From contig CAVJKX010000008.1 of the NCBI GenBank assembly GCA_963650165.1, positions 1,302 to 65,301 on the forward strand: DNA of 64,000 nucleotides. Reading direction: 5' to 3'. The position numbers and the translations under genes are program-made. Under the pieces are notes generated by a model. The model had not been told where the DNA came from, did no database searches, and worked only from the letters and a program-made list of their open reading frames with translations. Each line of letters opens with the position of its first letter. Within the stretch, counting starts at the first letter, position 1. Positions 18,997-27,223 of this stretch are shown here, one piece after another. This stretch comes from a bacterium. GTDB lineage: Bacteria > Bacillota > Clostridia > Oscillospirales > Oscillospiraceae.

Positions 18997-20462
18997 GCTC
19001 TCCCCGCCTCCTTTTTCTTCTTTCCGCGCCTTACGGCAAACACCGTGAACAGGGTGATCGCCGCCGCACAGGCGCAGATGTAAGCGATATCTCCGCGGCC
19101 GATGGCGGAGGCCACCGCGCGGATGTTGTCCTGACTGAGCGCCGACGATTCGACCTTGTCCTGAGCGTAGCCGTCGTCGAAGCCGATGTAATTCGTATAC
19201 TGGAACTTGTCTATGCCCTTTACGGCAAGGCGTGAGCTCGTGCTCGTCGAGCAAAGCAGGACCGACGAGCCCTCGTAAAAGCCGCCGCAGTACAGATAGG
19301 CCGTAGACGCCGTGCCGTCCTGGAGGCAGAGGTCGTTTGCCTTGCCGTTCACGCTGTTGTCCGTCACGATGAGCTTTCCGGAGGCGTTTATGTCGTTCAT
19401 GCTGTCGACATATATGCCGCCGCCGTTTTTCGACGCGCTGTTGTAGCGGTACTCGCCGCCGATGACGAAGACCCTGTCGGCGTTTATGTACAGCGCGCCG
19501 CCGTTTTTCGCGGCGCTGTTGTAGTACATCCTGCAGCTTTTGAGATATGTGCCCTTGCCGGAGTCGCAGTACACGGCGCCGCCGTGGTCCTCCGTCGTTT
19601 TATTGAACGAGAACACGCACTCGGATATCTCGGCCGTGGCAGAGCCGGCAAGGCACACCGCCCCACCCAGCTCATCGCAGCTGTTCGAGTAAAACTCGGA
19701 CGAGGAGAGCTTCAGGCTCCCGCCGTAGGTATAGATCGCGCCGCCGTCGTCCTCCGCGTAGTTGCCCTCGAAGGTCGCGCTGCTCACGGTAACGGCTGCC
19801 GCGTTTGAGTATATCGCGCCGCCGCAGCACTCGCCGGAGGCGTCGTAGGTACGGTTGCCGTAGAACGAGCCGCCGTTTACGTTGAGCTTGATGGTCGAGC
19901 CGAAGGCGCTTATCGCGCCGCCGTCGTCGGTGGATACGCAGTTGAGTATCGTACCGCCGTTGAAGTTGAGCTCGGAGTTATCCAGGAGGACTATGCCGCC
20001 GCCGCGCGCCTTGTTCGCGCCGTTGCAGATGGCGCCGCCCCTGAAGAGCTTGGACACGGTGTACTCGCCGCTTCTCGAGTCGATAATGGTCATGAGCGAG
20101 CCGACGTAGATGACCGCTCCGCCGGAGACCGGTGACGAGAGGTTCCTGTCGATGCTGTATCCGTTGAGGTCGAGCGTCAGCATTTTCGCGCTCGAGTAGC
20201 ACAGCGCACCGTCTCTGTATCCGTCGCCGCTGCCGAAGGAGCCGGAGTCCGACGCCTTCCAGTTCTGACGGAGCGTGAAGGTGACCTCGCCGCTCTTTCC
20301 GAACTCGATCGCTCTTTTCCATGCATCCTCGAAGGAGGTGCAGTCGATCGTCGTGCCGTTTGAGCTGACCGTGGCGCAGATGCCGTCGGCACAGACCGGG
20401 ACGCACAGCAGCGCGCACATGACGAGCGCCAGCGCAAAAGATATGGTTTTTCTAAATTTCAT
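18993..20462 (-). CDS. Pmp-repeat (GGAI/FxxN) right-handed beta-helix protein with signal peptide and C-terminal TM anchor
   Basis: MKFRKTISFALALVMCALLCVPVCA signal. At least 8 GGA(I/V/L) repeats (GGAVIY, GGAICN, GGAISAF, GGAIYSN, GGAIYTY, GGAVCL, GGAVYC, GGALYI, GGGIYV), interleaved with F.GN/F.SN/F.FN. C-terminus IAYICACAAAITLFTVFAV-RRGKKKKE. Start 20462 is preferred (AAGGA RBS 9 nt upstream) over 20471. Confidence 0.8.
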   Translation of the reverse strand: MKFRKTISFALALVMCALLCVPVCADGICATVSSNGTTIDCTSFEDAWKRAIEFGKSGEVTFTLRQNWKASDSGSFGSGDGYRDGALCYSSAKMLTLDLNGYSIDRNLSSPVSGGAVIYVGSLMTIIDSRSGEYTVSKLFRGGAICNGANKARGGGIVLLDNSELNFNGGTILNCVSTDDGGAISAFGSTIKLNVNGGSFYGNRTYDASGECCGGAIYSNAAAVTVSSATFEGNYAEDDGGAIYTYGGSLKLSSSEFYSNSCDELGGAVCLAGSATAEISECVFSFNKTTEDHGGAVYCDSGKGTYLKSCRMYYNSAAKNGGALYINADRVFVIGGEYRYNSASKNGGGIYVDSMNDINASGKLIVTDNSVNGKANDLCLQDGTASTAYLYCGGFYEGSSVLLCSTSTSSRLAVKGIDKFQYTNYIGFDDGYAQDKVESSALSQDNIRAVASAIGRGDIAYICACAAAITLFTVFAVRRGKKKKEAGRA

Positions 20463-20499
20463 CAGAATCATTCCTTATGCGGATTCTGTGCCGGGAGTT

Positions 20500-22734
20500 T
20501 CAGGTCTCTTCGCCCTGAAGCTTTTTCTTTTTGACCTCGACTCCGGCGAAGAAGGCCGCGATGCCGATAACGGCAGCCGCCGCGACACTTATGAGTATGT
20601 GGCTGCTGTTGGAGAACACGCTGCCGGCAAAGGCGTTCTCGTCTACGTTGTAGAACAGATAGATGCCGCTCCTGCCGTCGGCAAAGGTGTAGCCGAGCTG
20701 CTTATTGGTGAGGTTCTGCGCAACGTTTTCGCCGAACATGGAAAGTGCCGCGCTGCTTTCCTTGGGTATGCTGCTGCTTTCGTACTGCACGTTGAGCCCC
20801 TGCGTTACGATGGGGTCGCCGGCGGCCTTGTCCTTTGTGGTGTACAGCGCCACCCACTGGCGGCCGACGTCGCCGTTGAGATCGCCGTAGTCGCCGAGTA
20901 TCTTCGTCGCGTCGGTGACCATTCCGGCGTCGGCGCGGTTGCATTTGACCGCATCGTAATAGGTGTACACCTTTTCGTCATTGTCGTTTGTCGCCTCGTT
21001 CACCATGTGCGAGGGTATCGGCGTAAACTCGGTGTTGTAGTACTCCTGCAGATCCTGCCAGGTGTTCCAGAGGGAGTAGATTATCAGCGCAACGGTGACG
21101 CAGGTCATTATGGCGCCTGCGATGCGGAAGTACCTCGACCAGTCCTTCGCGTTTCCGAGGCTGCGTCCGACTTCGCAATATTTTTCATCGATCGCCTCGA
21201 CCGCACTCGACGTCTGCTGCATTGTCTCGTACTCCGCGGCGTTCATATCCATCTCAATGGCGGTACCGAGGGCCTTGAAGAGGCCGTCGTGCTCCATCTG
21301 CAGAGGGACTGCCGCATTGCTGAAATGAATGCTCGTTCCCCATGCGGCGGCCATGCCGATGATGGAAAGGCCGACGGCGCCGTACAGGATGAGGCTCGTT
21401 ACGGAGATGTAATCGGCTGCGCTCTTAACGGCGCTGCTGCCGGTGGATGCCTGGAGGCGCAGTGCCTCGTTGGTCAGGGCGACGTCGCCGTCGAAGATCG
21501 AGCGGTCAACGCCGTCGTAGACGGAGTTCTTCTTGCCCTCGTAGTAGCTGAAGTCCATTTCGTCCATGGCCTTCTGCATCGCCTCGTCGCCGTTTATGCC
21601 CAGCGACACGATGAAGTACATGGACAGGAAGTCCAGGCAGGCTCTCTGACCCTCGCTGAGGACGGAGACCAGCGGATAGAGCATGTAGCGGTCGGCGTTC
21701 TGGACGTCGTAGTCCTCGCCCGTTATGAGATCGTAGAGGGATACGCCGTCGTTAGTGAGCTTTGAGAGCAGCTCGTACTGTGTGCCGGCAGCGAACCAGT
21801 TGGTGTATTCAAAATCCTCGTGCGCGGTCTGATATGCCTCGACCTCAGCCTCTGTCGAGGAGAAGCTCACGTCCGCGTTCGTATAGGTCTCAAGGAAGCT
21901 TACATAGCCCGCAAGCTTCGAGGCGATGGCCTTTGCGTCCTCGTCGTACTCCGCGGCAAGCTGCTTTTCGGCCTCGTTGACGGTGAGGTTTTTGCTCTCC
22001 ATCAGCTCGTCGAGCATATCGTCGTAGCTTCCGGCGTTTACATACCTGTCCGTCCAGAGCTCATCGCCACTGTCGGCCGCCATGGCTATGGCCTGCTCGA
22101 TAACGAGGATCGCGTCGGCGTTTGCCTGCATGAGTATGGTGGTCATGTCGGCGGTCTTTGCCTGCTCGTCGGCAGACAGGGCGCTCCACTCCTCGTCGCT
22201 GTACTCTTCCTTTATCTTTTTGAGCAGTGCATCGCCCATGAACTGCTCGCTGTCGTCATCATACAGGAGGTTGAGCAGCTCAAAGGCCGCCTCGGCGCGG
22301 GCCTGACCGGCCTTGTAGTTTGCTCTGAACTCGTTGATGGCGACGACGAAGTCGTCTATAAACAGCTTGATGTTTGCTTTCTGCTCGTCGAGCAGCATCT
22401 GGTAGTCCTGAACGCTGTAGCCGCCCTTCATGTTCATAAGACGCATGTCGGTTATGGCTTCCTCGGGATCGCTTGTCGTCGTGTAGCCGAGATACACGGC
22501 GCGGGCCGTCGAGTGCCAGTCGTCCGCGTCCTCGTTGAGGTCGTAGTCGAGTACCTCGTAGCCGTTTTCCGTGAGCCAGGCCTTAGCCTCGTCGGCCGTT
22601 TTGCCGTAGCTTATGACAACGTCCTTTATATACGTTTGCTTTGACGACGCCGCAAGGACGTCGCTGCAGGTGCTGAAGGTGAGTACCACGGCCAGCATAA
22701 GGCTGAGGACCGCTTTAAATGATCTTTTGAGCAT
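20500..22734 (-). CDS. paralog 3 of the tandem 744-aa exported three-TM protein family
   Basis: MLKRSFKAVLSLMLAVVLTFSTCSDVLA signal; KQTYIKDVVISYGKTADEAKAWLTENGYEVLDYDLNEDADDW..AVYLGYTTTSDPEEAITDMRL. Two internal TMs and a C-terminal TM plus KKKK tail. The track ORF 20500..23175 (891 aa) reads into the previous gene; the true ATG at 22734 lies 2 nt after the upstream stop. Confidence 0.85.
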   Translation of the reverse strand: MLKRSFKAVLSLMLAVVLTFSTCSDVLAASSKQTYIKDVVISYGKTADEAKAWLTENGYEVLDYDLNEDADDWHSTARAVYLGYTTTSDPEEAITDMRLMNMKGGYSVQDYQMLLDEQKANIKLFIDDFVVAINEFRANYKAGQARAEAAFELLNLLYDDDSEQFMGDALLKKIKEEYSDEEWSALSADEQAKTADMTTILMQANADAILVIEQAIAMAADSGDELWTDRYVNAGSYDDMLDELMESKNLTVNEAEKQLAAEYDEDAKAIASKLAGYVSFLETYTNADVSFSSTEAEVEAYQTAHEDFEYTNWFAAGTQYELLSKLTNDGVSLYDLITGEDYDVQNADRYMLYPLVSVLSEGQRACLDFLSMYFIVSLGINGDEAMQKAMDEMDFSYYEGKKNSVYDGVDRSIFDGDVALTNEALRLQASTGSSAVKSAADYISVTSLILYGAVGLSIIGMAAAWGTSIHFSNAAVPLQMEHDGLFKALGTAIEMDMNAAEYETMQQTSSAVEAIDEKYCEVGRSLGNAKDWSRYFRIAGAIMTCVTVALIIYSLWNTWQDLQEYYNTEFTPIPSHMVNEATNDNDEKVYTYYDAVKCNRADAGMVTDATKILGDYGDLNGDVGRQWVALYTTKDKAAGDPIVTQGLNVQYESSSIPKESSAALSMFGENVAQNLTNKQLGYTFADGRSGIYLFYNVDENAFAGSVFSNSSHILISVAAAAVIGIAAFFAGVEVKKKKLQGEET

Positions 22735-22736
22735 TT

Positions 22737-24971
22737 TTACGCCTCCCGTATTTTTTTCTTCTGTACGCTTTCGCCGGCGAAGAAGGCTGCGGCACCGACG
22801 ACGATCGCCGCCGCAACGCTTACAAGGATATAGCTGCTGTCGGAAAATACGCTGCCTGCAAAGGCGCTCTCGTCCACGTTGTAGAACAGGTAAATTCCGC
22901 TCTTGCCGTCGGCATAGGTGTAGCCGAGCTGCTTGTTGGTGAGGTTCTGTGCGACGTTTTCGCCGAACATGGAAAGCGCGGTGCTGCTTTCCTTGGGGAT
23001 GCTGCTGCTTTCGTACTGGACCTGCAGGCCGCCCGTTACGATGGGATCGCCCGCCGCCTTGTCCTTGGTGGTATACAGCGCCACCCACTGGCGGCCGACG
23101 TCGCCGTTTATATCGCCGTAGTCGCCGAGAAGCTTGGTCGCATCGGTCACCATTCCGGCATCGACGCGGTTGCACTTGACGGCATCGTAATATGTGTATA
23201 CCTTTTCGTCGTTATCGTTTGTCGCCTCGTTTACCATGTGCATCGGTATCGGCGTAAACTCCGCGTTGTAGTATTCATTCATATCCTGCCAGGTGTGCCA
23301 GAGCGAATATGCCAGCAGCGCGACGGTGACGCAGGTCATTATGACGCTGGCGGCCGTCATGAGCCTCGAGAGCGTGACCTTGCTCGATGCCTGACGCATC
23401 AGATCATTGCCCTTGGCCATGTTCGTGTCGATCTTGCTCTGGAGCGCCGTCTTTTCGGCGTCGGTCACGGCCTTGGCCATTTTCTCGCCTGCCATCTTGG
23501 CAACATCGTAGTTGCCTTCGCCCTCCCAGTACAGCTCCTGTGCCACATCGAGCAGGGTGGAGTTACACTTATATATCCACATTGCCGTCGTGCACACCAT
23601 GGAGAAGCCGAAAACGCCGTACAGGATGAACGAGGTCGTGGAAACGTGATCCCACTCGGAATCGACGGCGTTCTTGCCGGAGGCCGCCTGGAGACGCAGC
23701 GCCTCGTTTGTCATGGCAACGTCGCCGCCGAAGATCGTGCGGTCTACTCCGTCGTAAACGGAGACCTTGTCGCTGTCGCCGGTGAGGAGCTCATAGGACT
23801 CGGCTGCCTTCTTTGCGGCCTCGTCGCTGTTGATGCCTATCGCAACGAGCTGGTACATGGACAGGAAGTCGATGCAGGCTCTCTGACCCTCGGTCAGGAC
23901 GGAGACCAGCGGATAGAGCATGTAGCGGTCGGCGTTCTGGACGTCGTAGTCATCGCCCGTTATGAGATCATAGAGGGATACGCCGTCGTTAGTGAGCTTT
24001 GAGAGCAGCTCGTACTGCGTGCCGGCCGCGAACCAGCTTGTGTAGTCAAAGTCCTCGTGCGCGGTCTGATATGCCTCGACATCCTCTGCGGACGTCGAGA
24101 AGCTTATCTCGGCCTCGGTGTAGCCTTCAAGGAAGGTCTTGTAGTCGGTAAATTTCGAGGCTATGGCCTTTGCCGTCGTGTCGTACTGCGCGGCAAGCTG
24201 CTTTTCGGCCTCGTTGACGGTGATGTTTTTCTCCGCCATCACGGCGTCGAGCATATCGTCGTAGCTTCCGGCGCTCTTATAGCGCTCGGTCCAGGTGCTG
24301 TCGTTCGTATCGGCCGCCATTGCGATGACGTTCTCGATGGTCAGCACCGCGTCGGCGTTTGCCTGCATGAGGATGGTGGTCATGTCGGCGGTCTTTGCCT
24401 GCTCGTCGGCGGACAGGGCCGCAAACTCCTCGTCGGTATACTCCTCTTTTATCTTGCCGAGCAGCAGATCGCCGAGCAGCATGTCCGTATCGTCGTCATA
24501 CAGGAGGTTGAGCAGATCGTGAGCCGCCTTTGCGCGCTCCTGACCGGCTGCGTAGTTTGCCCTGTACTCGTTTACCGCAACGATGAAGTTATTTATGAAG
24601 AGCTTTATGTTTTCCTTCTGCTCGTCGAGCAGCATCTGGTAGTCCTGAACGCTGTAGCCGCCCTTCATGTTCATAAGGCGCATATCGGTTATGGCTTCCT
24701 CGGGGTCATTGGTCGTCGTGTAGCCGAGGTACACGGCGCGCTCCGTCGAGCGCCAGTCGTCCGCGTCCTCGTTGAGGTCGTAGTCGAGTATCTCGTAGCC
24801 GTTTTCGGTGAGCCATGCCTTGGCCTCGTCTGCCGTTTTGCCGTAGCTTATGACGACGTCCTTTATGTACGTCTGCTTTGACGACGCCGCAAAGGCGTTC
24901 GCGCAGGTGCTGAAGGTGAGCACCACCGCCAGCACGAGACTCAGGATCGCTTTAAAGGATTTGTTGAACAT
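22737..24971 (-). CDS. paralog 2 of the tandem 744-aa exported three-TM protein family
   Basis: Same architecture. N-terminal ~125 aa and C-terminal ~200 aa are nearly identical to the neighbours by eye; the segment between TM1 and TM2 is unrelated. GGGAGG RBS. Confidence 0.85.
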   Translation of the reverse strand: MFNKSFKAILSLVLAVVLTFSTCANAFAASSKQTYIKDVVISYGKTADEAKAWLTENGYEILDYDLNEDADDWRSTERAVYLGYTTTNDPEEAITDMRLMNMKGGYSVQDYQMLLDEQKENIKLFINNFIVAVNEYRANYAAGQERAKAAHDLLNLLYDDDTDMLLGDLLLGKIKEEYTDEEFAALSADEQAKTADMTTILMQANADAVLTIENVIAMAADTNDSTWTERYKSAGSYDDMLDAVMAEKNITVNEAEKQLAAQYDTTAKAIASKFTDYKTFLEGYTEAEISFSTSAEDVEAYQTAHEDFDYTSWFAAGTQYELLSKLTNDGVSLYDLITGDDYDVQNADRYMLYPLVSVLTEGQRACIDFLSMYQLVAIGINSDEAAKKAAESYELLTGDSDKVSVYDGVDRTIFGGDVAMTNEALRLQAASGKNAVDSEWDHVSTTSFILYGVFGFSMVCTTAMWIYKCNSTLLDVAQELYWEGEGNYDVAKMAGEKMAKAVTDAEKTALQSKIDTNMAKGNDLMRQASSKVTLSRLMTAASVIMTCVTVALLAYSLWHTWQDMNEYYNAEFTPIPMHMVNEATNDNDEKVYTYYDAVKCNRVDAGMVTDATKLLGDYGDINGDVGRQWVALYTTKDKAAGDPIVTGGLQVQYESSSIPKESSTALSMFGENVAQNLTNKQLGYTYADGKSGIYLFYNVDESAFAGSVFSDSSYILVSVAAAIVVGAAAFFAGESVQKKKIREA

Positions 24972-24973
24972 CG

Positions 24974-27211
24974 TTATGCCTCCCTGACCTTTTTCTTCTG
25001 CACGCTCTCGCCTGCGAAGAAGGCCGCAACGCCGACGACGATCGCCGCCGCAACGCTTATAAGAATGTAGCTGTTATCGGAGAATACGCTGCCTGCAAAG
25101 GCGCTTTCGTCCACGTTGTAGAACAGGTAGATGCCGCTCTTGCCGTCTGCATAGGTGTAGCCGAGCTGCTTGTTGGTGAGGTTCTGTGCGGAGTCCTCGC
25201 CAAACATGGAAAGCGCGGTGCTGCTCTCCTTGGGGATGCTGCTGCTTTCGTACTGGACATTGAGGCCGTTTGTTACGATGGGATCGCCCGCCGCCTTGTC
25301 CTTGGTGGTGTACAGCGCTACCCACTGGCGGCCGACGTCGCCGTTTATATCGCCGAAGTCGCCGAGTATCTTCGATGCGTCGGTCACCATTCCGGCATCG
25401 ACGCGGTTGCACTTTACTGCGTCGTAATAGGTATATACCTTTTCGTCGCTGTCGTTTGTCGCCTCGTTTACCATGTGCGAGGGGATGGGCGTAAACTCCG
25501 CGTTATAGTATTCATTCATATCCTGCCAGGTGTGCCAGAGGGAGTAGACCATCAGCGCGACGGTGACGCAGGTCATTACGATGCTTGCATAGCGGAGGAC
25601 GCTCGCCCAGGTCTCCGCACGCGAGCCGGCCCGTATCGCGGCATCCGCCTGATCTCTGGCCTCGTTGTATTCGGCAGCCTTTGCGCGCAGATCCAAGCCC
25701 TCTGTCTGCTTGTTGACATCATTGAGTATCTCCGCGGCCTGAGCCTTGACTGAAGTAAGTCTCACAACCTCATTCTCGTATTTATTGGCAAGACTGGCCA
25801 TACGGGCGTACTTGATCCACGATGCCGTCGTTGCCGCGAGCGAAACGGCAAAGGATGCATACAGCGCTATCGAGCCGCCGGAGATCTGATCCCACTCGGT
25901 CTCGACGGCGTTCTTGCCGCTGGCTGCCTGGAGGCGCAGCGCCTCGTTGGTCATGGCGACATCGCCGTCGAAGATGGTGCGGTCAATGCCGTCGTAAACG
26001 GAGGTCTTGAGCTTTTCCATCAGCGCATCGTCCATGCTGTCTATCGCGTCCTTGGCGGAGGCGTCGTTGTTTATGCCCAGCGCCACGATCTGATACATGG
26101 GCAGGAACTCGAGGCAGGCTCTCTGACCCTCGGTCAGGCAGGACAGGAGAGGATAGAGCATGTAGCGGTCGGCTCCCTTGACGTCGTAGTCCTCGCCCGT
26201 TATGAGATCATAGAGGGATATGCCGTCGTTAGTGAGCTGCGTCACGACCGCATACTGGGTGCCGGCGGCGAACCAGTTTATGTAGTCGAAGTCCTCGTGC
26301 GCTGCCTTGTACGCCTCTATCTCCTCCTGCGTGTTTTCAAAGGAGATGTCCGAGTTCGTGTATTTTTCAAGGTAGGTCTTGTAGTTTTCTATCTGTGCCG
26401 CGACGGTCTTTGCGTCCTCGTCGTACTCGGCTGCAAGCTGCTTTTCCGCCTCGTTGACGGTGAGGTTTTTCTCCGCCATCAGCGCGTCGAGCATATCGTC
26501 GTAGCTTCCGGCGCTCTCGTATCTGTCGGTCCAGAGCTTATCGCCGGTGTCGGTCGCCGTTGCTATGGTCTGCTCGATGGTGAGCACGGCGTCTGCGTTT
26601 GCCTGCATGAGAATTGTAGTCATGTCGGCGGTCTTTGCCTGCTCGTCGGCGGACAGGGCGTTCCACTCCTCGTCGGTATACTCTTCCTTTATCTTGTTCA
26701 GAAGCGCATCGCCCATGTACTGCTGGCTGTCGTCGTCGTACAGGAGGTTGAGCACCTCGTAGGCTGCCTTCGCACGCTCCTGACCGGCCGCGTAGTTGGT
26801 CCGGTACTCGTTTATTGCGACGATGAAGTTATTCAGGAAGGTCTTTATATTCTCCTTCTGCTCGTCGAGCAGCATCTGGTAGTCCTGAACACTGTAGCCG
26901 CCCTTCATATTCATAAGGCGCATATCGGTTATGGCTTCCTCGGGGTCGCTCGTCGTCGTATAGCCGAGGTACACGGCACGGGCCGTCGAGCGCCAGTCGT
27001 CCGCGTCCTCGTTGAGGTCGTAGTCGAGTATCTCGTAGCCGTTCTCGGTGAGCCAGGCCTTGGCCTCGGCCGCCGTCTTGCCGTAGCTTATGACAACGTC
27101 CTTTATGTACGTCTGCTTTGACGACGCCGCAAAGACGTTTGCACAGGTGCCGAAGGTGAGCACCACGGCAAGCATAAGGCTTATGACTGTTTTAAATGGT
27201 TTTTTCAGCAT
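24974..27211 (-). CDS. paralog 1 (745 aa) of the tandem exported three-TM protein family
   Basis: Same architecture. AAGGAGG RBS overlapping the stop of the upstream gene. Confidence 0.85.
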   Translation of the reverse strand: MLKKPFKTVISLMLAVVLTFGTCANVFAASSKQTYIKDVVISYGKTAAEAKAWLTENGYEILDYDLNEDADDWRSTARAVYLGYTTTSDPEEAITDMRLMNMKGGYSVQDYQMLLDEQKENIKTFLNNFIVAINEYRTNYAAGQERAKAAYEVLNLLYDDDSQQYMGDALLNKIKEEYTDEEWNALSADEQAKTADMTTILMQANADAVLTIEQTIATATDTGDKLWTDRYESAGSYDDMLDALMAEKNLTVNEAEKQLAAEYDEDAKTVAAQIENYKTYLEKYTNSDISFENTQEEIEAYKAAHEDFDYINWFAAGTQYAVVTQLTNDGISLYDLITGEDYDVKGADRYMLYPLLSCLTEGQRACLEFLPMYQIVALGINNDASAKDAIDSMDDALMEKLKTSVYDGIDRTIFDGDVAMTNEALRLQAASGKNAVETEWDQISGGSIALYASFAVSLAATTASWIKYARMASLANKYENEVVRLTSVKAQAAEILNDVNKQTEGLDLRAKAAEYNEARDQADAAIRAGSRAETWASVLRYASIVMTCVTVALMVYSLWHTWQDMNEYYNAEFTPIPSHMVNEATNDSDEKVYTYYDAVKCNRVDAGMVTDASKILGDFGDINGDVGRQWVALYTTKDKAAGDPIVTNGLNVQYESSSIPKESSTALSMFGEDSAQNLTNKQLGYTYADGKSGIYLFYNVDESAFAGSVFSDNSYILISVAAAIVVGVAAFFAGESVQKKKVREA

Positions 27212-27223
27212 AGCTATGCCTCC

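Larger units (their letters stand above)
20500..27211 (-). repeat. tandem triplication, period 2237 nt
   Basis: Stop codons at 20500, 22737 and 24974 are spaced exactly 2237 nt apart. Starts are at 22734, 24971 and 27211. Confidence 0.9.

Noticed and set aside
18997-19254. 86-aa upstream extension of the giant ORF
   Set aside because: It overlaps the C-terminal coding region of the Pmp-like gene. MTENRKLHFITASLCLLLV at 18996 is a proper signal sequence, coupled by ATGA.
22735-23175. N-terminal 147-aa extension of track ORF 20500..23175 (891 aa), and similar out-of-frame Arg-rich ORFs (20702..20944, 25074..25412)
   Set aside because: The extension runs in another frame through the 3' end of the upstream paralog. 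The real start (ATG 22734, MLKRSFK...) aligns with the starts of the other two paralogs.
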